A stretch of 63,604 bases of DNA, filler included, from Octopus bimaculoides (Eukaryota), in NCBI RefSeq assembly GCF_001194135.2. It is 6 parts of 6 records of this genome, joined end to end, with 100 filler letters (N's around TTAATTAATTAA, not from the genome) between each part and the next. Parts side by side here need not be neighbours in the genome. Positions count along the whole stretch, not along the records: positions 1 to 22,738 come from NC_068983.1; 5 more parts are not named here. The stretch is one strand, 5' to 3'. Below, in pieces: positions 1 through 11,929 of the stretch. The notes below the pieces were generated by a model. The model was given only the letters and a program-made list of their open reading frames with translations. It had not been told where the DNA came from and searched no databases. Position 1 is the stretch's first letter, and each line of letters opens with the position of its first letter. Made by a program: the position numbers and the translations under genes.

Positions 1-275
1 TTAAAATCTTTCTTTTATTGACACTACCACTCTTTTCCTAACTTTATGTGTTTCTACATTTTGCTAATAATACTTTCCAAGTTTCTGTCTTTCTCAACCT
101 CCATCTTGACAGTCGGTAGTGTCTGGTTTGAGGGACACTGTCGTTTTACCACAGATACACCACCATCTTGCTGTAGATACACTATCGGTCCGCCAGAGAT
201 ACTCTATTATCTTTGTTGCCCGATGTTTAGTCTGGCCATCGATAACCCTACGACCCAATTGATTAATGAACTCAC

Positions 276-307
276 CGTCATCTCAGAGACAAACGGTTAA
301 TGTATTC
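276..307 (-). other. Candidate 32-nt non-coding exon
   Basis: Minus strand ...ctgccatttcgttgacag|GAATAC...GATGACG|gtgagtt; acceptor and GTGAGT donor; stops in all three frames. Splice signals only. Confidence 0.2.
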
Positions 308-510
308 CTGTCAACGAAATGGCAGACAGGTTGTAGTTGGGGAGAAATAATCGCACAGAATAATGTCTTGTGTTGTTTACAAGTTAATAAGTATTTTTAA
401 GATTAGAAAATAGTCATAAATAAGAACGCAATTTGGAAATGTTTCAACTTGCGCGAGATAAAATCAAATACGGATATATGTGAATTATTGAATCTGATAT
501 TATTGGTAAC

Positions 511-806
511 GCTGTATGTATGTATCTATGCGTTTGTGTGTGTGTGTGTGTGTGCTTGTGTGTGTGTGTGTGTGTGTGTGCGTGTATGCATGTGTGTGTA
601 TGTGTATGTATGTGTGTGATGGTGTGTGTGTATGTATGTAAGTATGTACGTACGTATGCATTTGCGCATGTATTACATATGCATGTATGTGTGTATATGC
701 ATATATATGCATATGTGTATGTATGTGTACGTGTATGTATGCGTATGTGTAGGAGTGTATGTACTTATGTATATGTATGTATGCATGTGTGTTGCTATAT
801 AGATAC

Positions 807-851
<45 letters not shown>

Positions 852-1140
852 CATGTGTGTATGCGTGTTTGTATGTACATATGTGTGTGTATGAGTGTGT
901 GTACGTATATTTGTATGTAAGTGAATATATGTATATATGAATGTTTATATACGTGCATGTATGTGTTTGTGTATGCGCGCGTGTGTGTGCAAGTGCATGC
1001 ATATCTATGAACATATATACTCACAAGTACGTATATGCGGATCGATAGAGAGAGACAAAGAAAGAAAGAGAGAGAGAGAGAGAGAGTGTTTGTGTGTGCG
1101 TGCATGCGTGATTGTGTGCGTGTGTGTATGTGTGAGTTTA
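511..1140. repeat. Compound (GT)n/(AT)n/(GA)n low-complexity tract
   Basis: Direct inspection; explains the HTHT/VCVC pseudo-ORFs. Confidence 0.95.
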
Positions 1141-2214
1141 TAAGATCGTGTCTCATTAGTCTCATTAGTCTATTCGAAAAATTTCATTACTTTTGATTTT
1201 CTGCACATCCGTAGGACGTTTGTTGCTTAACAAGATTGGGTTTGGTAGAATGTCTGCGGAAAACCAAAAATATGGGCAATAATTCCTTTTTTTTAATATT
1301 TACAAAGGTTTCCTCTCTCAATTCTTACAAAAGAAGAAAGGCTGAATTAATATTCTTGGAAGATTGCAAATTCTTGAATAAACCTGTATTTATAAAATGC
1401 CTGTCGCATTAAATTCCAGACCTAAAATAGTCTTTTTTTCACTTTATGTATTGTTTGTTATACGACGTCCTTGTTCAAATTGGCTCACTGGTTCTGCTCC
1501 GACATTTTTCTTAACTCAGACCAAATCATTACAAGAACATGGCTACATGAAAGTCTGGAAGAACACCTTGTTAAATGTTGTTCATTTATTTTAGAAAAAG
1601 TTGAGAAATTTCGTTTATTTTGTATTTAATGATCTTTCCTTTAGATATATTTTCATTAAAAAGGAAAGCAGAATGAAAATGGCAAAAAAAAAAAAAAGAA
1701 TTAAAACTAAGACAAATATACAAATGTTCGATGCCTTCAATTCTGTAATATAACTCACTCGTTTTAAGTTTAATTATACGCAATCTAAGCGAAAAAAAAA
1801 ATCAGAGAAAACATCAAGAAAAACAAAACACAAACAAAATAACAAAAAGAACAAACAACAAAACGCAAAACAACAAACAGCAAATAATAAAATTCGACGC
1901 AAAGCAAATAAAAAGAACCCAAAAAACAAAAGAACATGGCAGTGTAATTCTAATGACGATATATTTCTCCTTAGACATTTAAAGTTTTTAGCCTTTGGGA
2001 AGAAATAGAGATATAAAAATCAAGCATTATTGGAATCATTTTTATGGACACTTCTCCGAAACTGTAGTTTGTTATCTTCATTATTTTTTTTCTCACTCAT
2101 TCGCTGATATTTTAGCACTCATTAAAGGTGCCGTTGAAAAGCAACAATGGTGGTTGTTAAGAAATAGTCTGTTAACGCCTGCACACACACACACACTCAT
2201 ATATATATATATGT

Positions 2215-2245
<31 letters not shown>

Positions 2246-2330
2246 GACACACAGAAACACATGCATACAATTATTCATGCATTCATATTTGGGCATTTAA
2301 ATCGATACATATATATGTATATATAAACAA

Positions 2331-2370
<40 letters not shown>

Positions 2371-3171
2371 NNNNNNNNNNNNNNNNNNNNNNNNNNNNNN
2401 NNNNNNNNNNNNNNNNNNNNNNNNNNNNNNNNNNNNNNNNATATACATATATAATATATATATATGTATGTATGTATGTACGTGTGTGTATGTGGTTAAA
2501 ATGTTCGTGGAAAAATTCCACGATTCCACCTGGTTAATTGTAGTAAAATATAAAAATAAGGAAAATGCGCAGATATCTTATGTTGAATATATATATATAT
2601 ATATGTATACGCGAACAAAGTTACCATCATAGTGTTGGACACATCTGAAATTGAGGTGATCAGCGCCATATTCGAGGGGTTCCAAGCAGAAACGGTGACA
2701 CGCATTTACTATGGTAAGTGGAAGGGCATGCAACTCACTGCTTGGATCGGCAAAAATATTAATGCGGAAGTGTAGGTTGTGCCACTAGAGGCGGAAGTTC
2801 GGCGCTTGTATTGCATAAATAATGTTGTGTCTGTGTTACTCAGAGTCCTGTACCGCTTAGAATGAAAAGAGTTATTCCGTTTTGTTTTGCTTGTCTTTCA
2901 AAAGTTTAATTCGTTCTGTTGTATCTATGTCACATAATGCCCCCATTTGTTCAAGTGAGATTGTTTACATTTCTATAAATCTTCTGTTAATCACATACAT
3001 AGCTTATAATAAGAGTCATCCGTAAATATTCATGTTACTCGTGTCTAGTTGATGTTTATACAACATCTCTTAATTTTCTTGTTTAATATAGCTTTGTGTT
3101 TATCTTATTGGATTTAAGATATTCCACAGAAGTATGTTTACATCCTCCCCTGACATTATTCATATTTGAAT

Positions 3172-3172
3172 G

Positions 3173-3216
<44 letters not shown>

Positions 3217-3247
3217 CCATCACCATCACCATCACCATCATCATCAC

Positions 3248-3294
<47 letters not shown>

Positions 3295-3296
3295 CC

Positions 3297-3330
<34 letters not shown>

Positions 3331-3331
3331 T
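3172..3331. repeat. (CAT)n/(CAC)n microsatellite
   Basis: Direct inspection; abuts the 3' end of the element at 3332-3822. Confidence 0.95.
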
Positions 3332-3822
3332 AATTTTAATCTGCGTCTTTAATGCGATCACTTGCCGGGTCACCCCCAGCACCCTAGGGCAAGTGAAGAT
3401 TAAGAGATGTTTAAATATAACTGAAATCTTAGGAAGGGTAGAACAGAAGTGCATTCATATACTATAACACAACATAAACAGTTAAATTGATAGAGTTTTT
3501 CTAAGAATATGGGCTGTACTTGTCAGCACAATCTTTTGGATTTATGTGAGGTATGGTTCTCCTGGGATGTTATTTCGACTTCCCCTCTTTTTTATGATAC
3601 CAAGGGCATCGACAATAACAGGAACAATTTTTGCTTCAAGATACCACATCTTTTGCATTTCAATTTACAGGTCTTTATATTTACTGAGCTTGTCAAATTC
3701 CTTTACAGATATATTTTTATCAGTGGGGACACTTACATCTATCAGCCTCCAAATATTTTCTTCCCTGTCTTTAAAAATTATGTGTCGTCGATTATCCAGG
3801 ATTGTTCTGTCGGTGTTGACCG
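3332..3822 (-). mobile_element. R4/Dong-type non-LTR retrotransposon 3' fragment (REL endonuclease + 3'UTR), (TGA)n-abutting lineage, decayed
   Basis: Minus translation ...LIDVSVPTDKNISVKEFDKLSKYKDL*IEMQKMWYLEAKIVPVIVDALGIIKK...IQKIVLTSTAHILRKTLSI* (stop 3482-3484) matches the R4-clade C-terminus; two in-frame stops; 3'UTR hairpin 3359-3395. Confidence 0.85.
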
Positions 3823-3832
3823 GAAATGCTTA

Positions 3833-4010
3833 ACCGGACAAAATGCTCAGCGGCATTTCGTCCATCTCTACGTTCTGAGTTTAAATTCCGCCGAGGTCGA
3901 ATTTGCCTTTCATTCTTTCGGGATCGATAAAAGATCAGTTGATCACTGGGGATGCTGTAACCGATTTCTCCCCCGAACGTACTGGCCTTGTGCTAAAATT
4001 ATAAACTTAT
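3833..4010 (+). mobile_element. tRNA-headed SINE family A, 5'-truncated
   Basis: Aligns by eye to 7588-7794 (aaatgct.agcgg.atttcgtcc...ttctgagtt.aaattccgccgaggtcga...ggccttgtgc). Confidence 0.8.
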
Positions 4011-4028
4011 ATTCAATTCAATTACGAT

Positions 4029-4219
4029 GGCGAGCCTTAACTGAATCGTTAACATACCCGGCAAAATGCTTAGCGGTATTTCGTCCGTCTTCATGTTCCG
4101 AGCTCAAATCCCACTAAGATCAACTTTGCTTTTCATTCTTTCACTAGGGCGATGTAATCGACTTACGCTCCTCAACCACAGAAATTGCTGGCCTCGTGCC
4201 AAAATGTGAAACCATTATT
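4029..4219 (+). mobile_element. SINE family A
   Basis: Head ggcgagc...gaatcgttaac, same body, ends ggcctcgtgccaaaatgtgaaaccattatta. Confidence 0.8.
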
Positions 4220-5716
4220 ATAATCTACTTCATCACACCGGGAAATAAAAAAAAAAAAATTTTTATAATTGAAGACATAGAAAAAAAAATCAGGCTTCAG
4301 AAAAATAATTTTCTCTTTTTTATGAATTTCAATGGTTGATCAATTTACAATTAAGTGGAATCCTGGAGAATTTATTAGCGTACAAATAACTTTGTGAAAA
4401 CAAATACATAAACACAACAACAGCAGCAACAAAAATAACTTCATATCCTATCTTTGCAACGCCAACACTATTATCTTTAATGAAACGTTTTATGCAGCAA
4501 GCAGTGCTATTTATGAAGGCTGGTTTATATTTTAAAAGTGCAGAGAAAACAAAAGTAATTGTTTTCCTGTTTGTTGAACTTGAAACTCAATCAAATATTT
4601 ATACTAAAACGATATCTTGGAATTGATTCCGCTAGTATTTAAGGATTCCTTGCTTTCGTTTTAAAAATTTTGCTGACGTTACATATTTTCAAATTCTTTA
4701 GCTTACATTGGGTTTCTGCTTATTCATTTTCTATAACTTTTAATTTATTTTTTCTCATTTTTTCTCTATTTTATTCATCTCTCAAATAACCATTCCTTTA
4801 TAGTTTTCCTCTCTCATCACCACTTAATCAACTCTTTCACGATCCATTTTCTATTCATTTTCCTCCAGGCGCGCACACTCTTTCTCTAATAGTCTTTTTA
4901 TTCTAGGTTTAAGTTTTTCTTCGTCTTCCTCTCGTTCCCGCTATTCCTGTTATTATATCACTCTCTGTCTTTCCACTTCTGAGCCTTCCCTGACTTATGT
5001 ATCTTTAACCTTCGCCTCGCATCTCCCCCATCCATTCCTTGCCTCGCCGATATAAACAATCAATACTTTACAATGGTTCCATGGTCGCCATGTTTCATAA
5101 TGAAATTAGCGAGGTTGAAACATGGCAGCGTATGTTGCGAAATTAGTCAGCGTTAGAAAATGGTAACCAATAGATGATGATCGAATAGAAAAGAAAAGAA
5201 AAAAAAAAGAGCAAAAAAAAAACCCGTTGATTAACATTTAGAAACATACATGCAGCAAAATTGGCAATTAAAGATTATGGAGGGAAACTGTTTTTGTATG
5301 AATTTCGCTGAGAATTTCGGTTGAAAATCGATTAAGGAAAGACGATCAGATAAAAAATAAATAAATTAAAAAAAGCAATGAAAAGCTGAGAAAGAAAGAA
5401 AAAAAGAAAGAAAGAAAGAAAACAAACAGGAAACAATTTTGGAAACATCTTTTATGAAGATAATCTTTTGTTGGCGAGAAAATAAACACAAGACTAACAC
5501 TTTGTAAGAAGCAACGAGGAAAACAATGATTTGTAAGAGAAGCACCAGCCTTGTTCTAAACGAATGCAACAATCGTCTGTAAATTCCTCTCTTGCCATAG
5601 AATTTGAAGAACATGTTTACCCAGATATTGAGGTGGTGGAGCACTGACTTCCCTCAAACAAAACCAATACAAATGGAATATGTATGGGCATGAAAAGCCA
5701 TTGAATAACAAAACAG

Positions 5717-5866
5717 CCCCAGTTTTCAACTGGTACTTATTCAATCTCTGAAAGGACGAAAAGTAAAGTCAACCTCGGCGAAATTTGAACTCAGAACGTA
5801 AAGACAGATGAAATGCCGCTAAGTATTTTGTCCGGCCTGCTAACAACTTTGCTAACTCGTTGCCTT
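5717..5866 (-). mobile_element. SINE family A
   Basis: Reverse complement of head/body (aaagtcaacctcggcgaaatttgaactcagaacgta...ttaataataa). Confidence 0.8.
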
Positions 5867-5956
5867 AATAATAACATCAGCAGCATTAATCATAATAGGT
5901 CTTTCTAATTTTGGCACAAGGCCAGCAATTATGAAGTATGAAAGACAAAGTTGACC

Positions 5957-6192
5957 TAGCTATCATGCTCCCCTACTTCTTCTGCTCGTGATAAGAGATG
6001 CACATATCATCAGCCACTAAGGGACATGCTCAGCTGGTTAAAGTCAAATAACTGACAAGCAAATCTATGGTATTGAGCAGAATATTTGCTGTAGCCCATC
6101 TTTTGTATCAAGATAAAACATGTTCTTGTTAACACTTTCAGTCAGTTAATACCAGAAACCACGTGAGCCACTGCCTGGTATTACTCCAGGGC

Positions 6193-6196
<4 letters not shown>
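5957..6196. mobile_element. Unclassified interspersed repeat 'family C', partial
   Basis: Shared with 7180-7416 and 22400-22620 (gatgcacatatc.tcagccactaagggacatgctca.ctggttaa.gtcaaa.aactgac); abuts (ATT)n. Confidence 0.8.
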
Positions 6197-6232
<36 letters not shown>

Positions 6233-6533
6233 GCTCAGTAGTTATTTTTTTATAACGTGCTTTCACTTCACTACCGAGCGCAGCTCTGTGCGCCTTGGGT
6301 ATGTGCTGTGGTTTGCTGTGGTGCTCTTATGTTTACTGTATTGAAAGTGTTTTGCGTAGAATGTGTGCAGTACCCAGTAGTGCAATTTTCTGTATGTTAT
6401 ATATATTTGTAAGTCCTAGTGTTTTTGTTATGTATTTGTCTGAATATTTTTTTATTATACCTAAGGCACCTACTATGATAGGAATTGTTTCTATTTTTAG
6501 ATTCCACATTCGAGTTATCTCTATTTCCAGGTC

Positions 6534-6534
<1 letters not shown>
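6233..6534 (-). mobile_element. R4/Dong-type element lineage A, 5'-truncated 3' end
   Basis: ORF 6333-6534 DLEIEITRMWNLKIETIPIIVGALGIIKK...IQKIALLGTAHILRKTLSIQ*; ~100-nt 3'UTR with GCGCA/TGCGC hairpin (6278-6293); (ATT)n on both sides. Confidence 0.9.
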
Positions 6535-6606
<72 letters not shown>

Positions 6607-6831
6607 TTATGTTTGACTTTTGTTTTGCATTTGTACAAGTTGGATCCAAGTCTCACCCAGAAACCTCAAGAGACAACAAGTTAGAGGTTCATGTAGGTGT
6701 TATGCCTAGGGTACCATATATTTGGATTTGTACAGTTTTGTTCAAGTGAATGTTTAAGAAACCATAAGAAAATTATGTGTTTGCTTTAAAATTTGAGATC
6801 ACATAGACAGTATTTTACGTAGGATATGGGC
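6607..6831 (-). mobile_element. R4/Dong-type element lineage B: last 10 codons + distinct 3'UTR
   Basis: 6799-6831 minus = AHILRKILSM*; ~190-nt 3'UTR not alignable by eye to lineage A; (ATT)n on both sides. Confidence 0.7.
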
Positions 6832-6865
<34 letters not shown>

Positions 6866-7416
6866 GAGAGAGCTGTGCATGTCATCAAACTGACACAGGG
6901 GTAAAATATACGAAGCCCAGTATACCCATCATGACTACGCGTCTGATAAGGGTACACCAGGCACATGCATCATCAAATGAATGATATGGTAATCTCATAT
7001 TACGATAAACAGTACATGACCTTGCAGGTGGGGGCCCTGTTAGAAAATTGCTTCAGGTCGAGGAGCCCATCCCTCTCAAAAGGTCCTTGAATAAGGGTTG
7101 TTTAAGGGTGTTGAACGAAGCAGCCATTTTTATAGAGTTGAATTACTTAAATTCCAAAGAACTCCTTTCAAAACATGGCTATGATGTCACCCCCCACTAC
7201 TTCTGCTCGTTATAAGAGATGCACATATCGTCAGCCACCAAGGGACATGCTCAACTGGTTAAGGTCAAACAACTGACAAGCAAATCTGTGGTATTAAGCA
7301 GAATAATTGCTGTTGTCCGTCTTTTATACCAAGACAAAACAATGTACATGATAACACTTCCAATCAGTTAAGATCAGAAGCTATGCGAGGTAGTGCCTTG
7401 TACTGCATCAGGTTAT
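6866..7416. mobile_element. Family C repeat, longest copy (~550 bp)
   Basis: Contains the segment shared with 5957-6196 and 22400-22620; bounded by (ATT)n and (TTC)n; no recognisable ORF. Confidence 0.8.
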
Positions 7417-7520
7417 TTCTTCTTCTTCTTCTTCTTCTTCTTCTTCTTCTTCTTCTTCTTCTTCTTCTTCTTCTTCTTCTTCTTCTTCTTCTTCTTCTTC
7501 TTCTTCTTCTTCTTCTTCTT

Positions 7521-7587
<67 letters not shown>
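7417..7587. repeat. (TTC)n followed by (ATT)n
   Basis: Direct inspection. Confidence 0.95.
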
Positions 7588-7794
7588 GGCGGCGAGCTGG
7601 CAGAATCGCTATCACGCCGGTTGAAATGCTTAGCTGTATTTCGTCCGTCTTTACGTTCTGAGTTCAAATTCCGCCGAGGTCGATCGTGCCTTTCATCCTT
7701 TCGGGGTCGATAAATCAAGCAGCAGTTGAGTTCTGGGGTTGATTTGACCGACTGCCCCCCTCTTCACAAAATCCAGGCCTTGTGCCTATAATGA
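7588..7794 (+). mobile_element. SINE family A, near full length
   Basis: A-box-like TGGCAGAATCG and B-box-like GAGTTCAAATTCC; (ATT)n on both sides. Confidence 0.88.
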
Positions 7795-7830
<36 letters not shown>

Positions 7831-7833
<3 letters not shown>

Positions 7834-9011
7834 TAGTTTTATTTTTATAACGTGCTTTCACTTCACTACCGAGCGCAGCTCTGTGCGCCTTGGGTATGTG
7901 CTGTGGTTTGCTGTGGTGCTCTTATGTTTACTGTATTGAAAGTGTTTTGCGTAGAATGTGTGCAGTACCCAGTAGTGCAATTTTCTGTATGTTATATATA
8001 TTTGTAAGTCCTGGTGTTTTTGTTATGTATTTGTCTGAATATTTTTTTATTATNNNNNNNNNNNNNNNNNNNNNNNNNNNNNNNNNNNNNNNNNNNNNNN
8101 NNNNNNNNNNNNNNNNNNNNNNNNNNNNNNNNNNNNNNNNNNNNNNNNNNNNNNNNNNNNNNNNNNNNNNNNNNNNNNNNNNNNNNNNNNNNNNNNNNNN
8201 NNNNNNNNNNNNNNNNNNNNNNNNNNNNNNNNNNNNNNNNNNNNNNNNNNNNNNNNNNNNNNNNNNNNNNNNNNNNNNNNNNNNNNNNNNNNNNNNNNNN
8301 NNNNNNNNNNNNNNNNNNNNNNNNNNNNNNNNNNNNNNNNNNNNNNNNNNNNNNNNNNNNNNNNNNNNNNNNNNNNNNNNNNNNNNNNNNNNNNNNNNNN
8401 NNNNNNNNNNNNNNNNNNNNNNNNNNNNNNNNNNNNNNNNNNNNNNNNNNNNNNNNNNNNNNNNNNNNNNNNNNNNNNNNNNNNNNNNNNNNNNNNNNNN
8501 NNNNNNNNNNNNNNNNNNNNNNNNNNNNNNNNNNNNNNNNNNNNNNNNNNNNNNNNNNNNNNNNNNNNNNNNNNNNNNNNNNNNNNNNNNNNNNNNNNNN
8601 NNNNNNNNNNNNNNNNNNNNNNNNNNNNNNNNNNNNNNNNNNNNNNNNNNNNNNNNNNNNNNNNNNNNNNNNNNNNNNNNNNNNNNNNNNNNNNNNNNNN
8701 NNNNNNNNNNNNNNNNNNNNNNNNNNNNNNNNNNNNNNNNNNNNNNNNNNNNNNNNNNNNNNNNNNNNNNNNNNNNNNNNNNNNNNNNNNNNNNNNNNNN
8801 NTGTCTATTTCTTTCGCATTTAGTTTAGCCCAGTATTTACCATGTAGGGGCTTTTCTTGCCATCGTTTTATCATGGTCCGTTGCTGTTCTAGTTTTAGTT
8901 TGGATTTCATTTGTTTTATAGCTTTTGTTGTTTCTTCTTCTTCTTCTTCGTATTTGTTAGGTAGATTGATTTCTTGTTTGTATTTGTCAGCTTCCTTAAA
9001 TACTGAAAACA

Positions 9012-9012
<1 letters not shown>
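7831..9012 (-). mobile_element. R4/Dong-type element lineage A, ~1.2 kb 5'-truncated copy (centre in N gap 8054-8801)
   Basis: 7831-8053 is near-identical to 6235-6458; 8802-9010 minus encodes ...KQMKSKLKLEQQRTMIKRWQEKPLHGKYWAKLN (KPLHG motif after the RT thumb); (ATT)n on both sides. Continuity across the gap is inferred. Confidence 0.85.
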
Positions 9013-9089
<77 letters not shown>

Positions 9090-9387
9090 GTTGTCGTAGT
9101 AGAGACAGCAGTAGTACTTATAATATTAATATTAGAAGTGGAACTAATTATAACAACTATCTCCACAACAACAATAACTAGAACAATAACAAAAAAACCC
9201 GAAACAAACGAAATATGATGTTGAACTCCACCAAAAACAGAGAAATAGCTGAGAGCCATTCTCTTCTCTATTATTGGTAAACGGAAAGAAACAAAGTTGT
9301 TTGGTTGGAAATAATTGCATGTGTTTTGAACAAATTGGCTTTTATACACACTATAGACTGTACTTATACAGCCTGTTGTCTGTCTAG

Positions 9388-9765
9388 GTATGTATGTATG
9401 TATGTATGTATGTATGTATGTATGTATGTATGTATGTACGTATGTATGTATGTGTGTATGTGGTGTATGTGTGTGTGTGTGTGGTGTATGTGTGTGTGTG
9501 GTGTATGTGTGTGTGGTGTGTGTGTATGTATGTAGGTATATAGGTATGTATATATGTGTGTATGTATGTGTGTGTGTGTATGTATGTATGTATATGTGTA
9601 TGTATGTATGTACGTATGTATGTATACACTTTTGCATGTATGCTTGTATGTATTTATGTATGCATACATACACAAACACAAACTCACACATGCACACACA
9701 TATGCATACATATATATAGATATGTATGAATGTATGTATGTATGTATGTATGTATGTACGTATCT
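9388..9765. repeat. (TATG)n/(GT)n compound tract
   Basis: Direct inspection. Confidence 0.95.
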
Positions 9766-9963
9766 ATGAACATTTTTTTTTTTACGTGTACATTCATACG
9801 CGCAGACATGCGTTTAGATATTAGTAAGTCGTAGCTGTGATAATAAAATTTACAAGATTGTAAATACATTTCTTGTATAGTTTTAGTGTTACAGAAAATA
9901 ATAAAAGTTTCCTGACAGATCATCGCTTCATGGTTTGTCGATCCCTCTTGAGAGAAGACGTAC

Positions 9964-10001
9964 CGGATCTCCGTCCCCAATGGATAGGATTGAGCGTTCA
10001 C
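9964..10001 (-). other. Candidate 38-nt exon
   Basis: Minus ...ctctctgttttatatatattag|GTGAACG...GAGATCCG|gtacgt. Splice signals only. Confidence 0.25.
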
Positions 10002-10915
10002 CTAATATATATAAAACAGAGAGATGTTTAACTTTTACCTTGGTGGATAGTTTAATTTTAACAGATATATAGTTTAGACGACTCATCATTAAATGAACTA
10101 TGAATATCTTAATCGCAAACAATGTGAATCAAATATGTTGGAATAGATTTAAATAATAAAGCCACTAATTATGAAATTTAACCATGTAAGAATGTAACTA
10201 TTTTCTTCCTATGTTTTTGATTTACATAAAAAAAAAGACAGCGTGGGGCTCTTCTGACGAAACGTTTCACGAGTTGTCGATCGCTCCTCAGAGAAGAGGC
10301 AACGTTTTTTCTCCCCCAACTAATAGCAGAAAATGTTTCGTTGGTGCATAAAGCAGTCGGCAAATTATCTCCACGTAAATGTTTTCCAAACTTCTTTATA
10401 CACCCAGAAGGCTCGCAAAGTGAAATCCTATCTAACTGTAAATAATTTTCCGCCAGAATGCGTGTCTCTGTGTGTGATCATCGCCTGCCCAAGTCTTGTT
10501 GTACGGCGGACATTTCGCTGGTCATCACGACACAGGGGCACCAAAGAAGCGATAGAAGGACCGTATGAAAAACTCCCTTTGTGCCTGTCGCATCGACCGT
10601 CGTCGGTGGTCCACTCTAGCTATCACTGGATGTCACTGGCTGTTGTTCGGATAAAGATTTTGCCGTTTTCACTACGGTGTATAGATGAGATAAGTTGGTC
10701 AACAGAGGGGGTGGAGTATGGTTTTTGCCGTGCCCTTGTTTGAAATGAAGATCAGGTTTTGCAAACAAGTTAATACGAGTACAAGTGTGCAAGAGAAAGG
10801 GCATATAATTCAACATCACTGAACAGCAAACAGCGATTGATGTATGAGATATCTCACTGCATGCAATAGCAGGCACTGATCTATATATCAAGAAATTGAT
10901 AGCATATGCATACAT

Positions 10916-11036
<121 letters not shown>

Positions 11037-11504
11037 CGCGCTCAAATATATGTATATATATGAATCCATATAACAAATACATACAAATAAACATATACAT
11101 GCATGGATATGAATCCGCACAACATACATATGTACATGTACATCGATCAAAGTATGGAGTTGAATTCAGTCCGGTTGACGTAAGGAGACTATCAATCTTT
11201 CATGTAATAAATTCGATCCCCTAAAACTATTGCCATCGATACAAGCCTGATTGAAAATTGACCTCCCGATGAATGCGAAAGAGTGTCTTTTATTATTTTG
11301 TCTTTAGTGAAGGTCATTAAAGTATTTAAGTAGAGCAATTCAACTAAAACGCAACACGTGGATTATTACTATATACATACGTGTATATATGCACATAAAC
11401 ACACCAGCGTCAGTTGTCAAGCGATAACGAGGTGGGGGTGGAGGCACGAACACACACACATACACGCAAATACATATCTACTTATATATATATATATATA
11501 TACA

Positions 11505-11659
11505 CGACAGGTTTCTTTCAGTTTCCGTCTACCAAATCCACTCACAAAGCTTTGGTCGGGTCGAGGCTATAGTAGAAGACATTTGCCCAAGGTGCCACGT
11601 GGTGTGACTGAACCCGGAACCATGAGGTTGGGAAGCAAGCTTTTTACCACACAGCCATT
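11505..11659 (-). mobile_element. tRNA-headed SINE family B, head
   Basis: Reverse complement of the 17622-17780 head. Confidence 0.88.
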
Positions 11660-11929
11660 ATATAATTATAATATTGCACAAATACACACGCGCGCGCGCT
11701 CACACACACAATCTTCAATTTTAGAACCACAGGAAGATTGTCCAACATCGCGAGATTTACTGTAAATCTAAGGTGTTTGAATCTTTTGTTAAGGAAACTA
11801 TTTATATGCAGATAACTGTGGTTTAATATCTCACACAGAACGGGAACTACAGGATCTGATTACAGTTTTTAATGTATGTATGCATGCAAAGTTTTTGTCT
11901 TGGATATGAATTTTAAGAAAGCAGAAGTT

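Noticed and set aside
5601-5647. Possible terminal exon (E)FEEHVYPDIEVVEH*
   Set aside because: Too short, with no linked upstream exon or recognisable homology.
7195-7245. Hammerhead or HDV-like ribozyme in family C (minus-strand CTGACGA...GAAG; CCTCGCA loop near 7385-7395)
   Set aside because: No GAAA core, no proper stem II, and the apparent pairing is not kept in the other copies.
5957-9088. CRISPR-like repeat/spacer array (microsatellite repeats with TE 'spacers')
   Set aside because: Eukaryotic DNA, variable repeat length, spacers are TE ends, and no cas genes; targeted retrotransposition explains it better.
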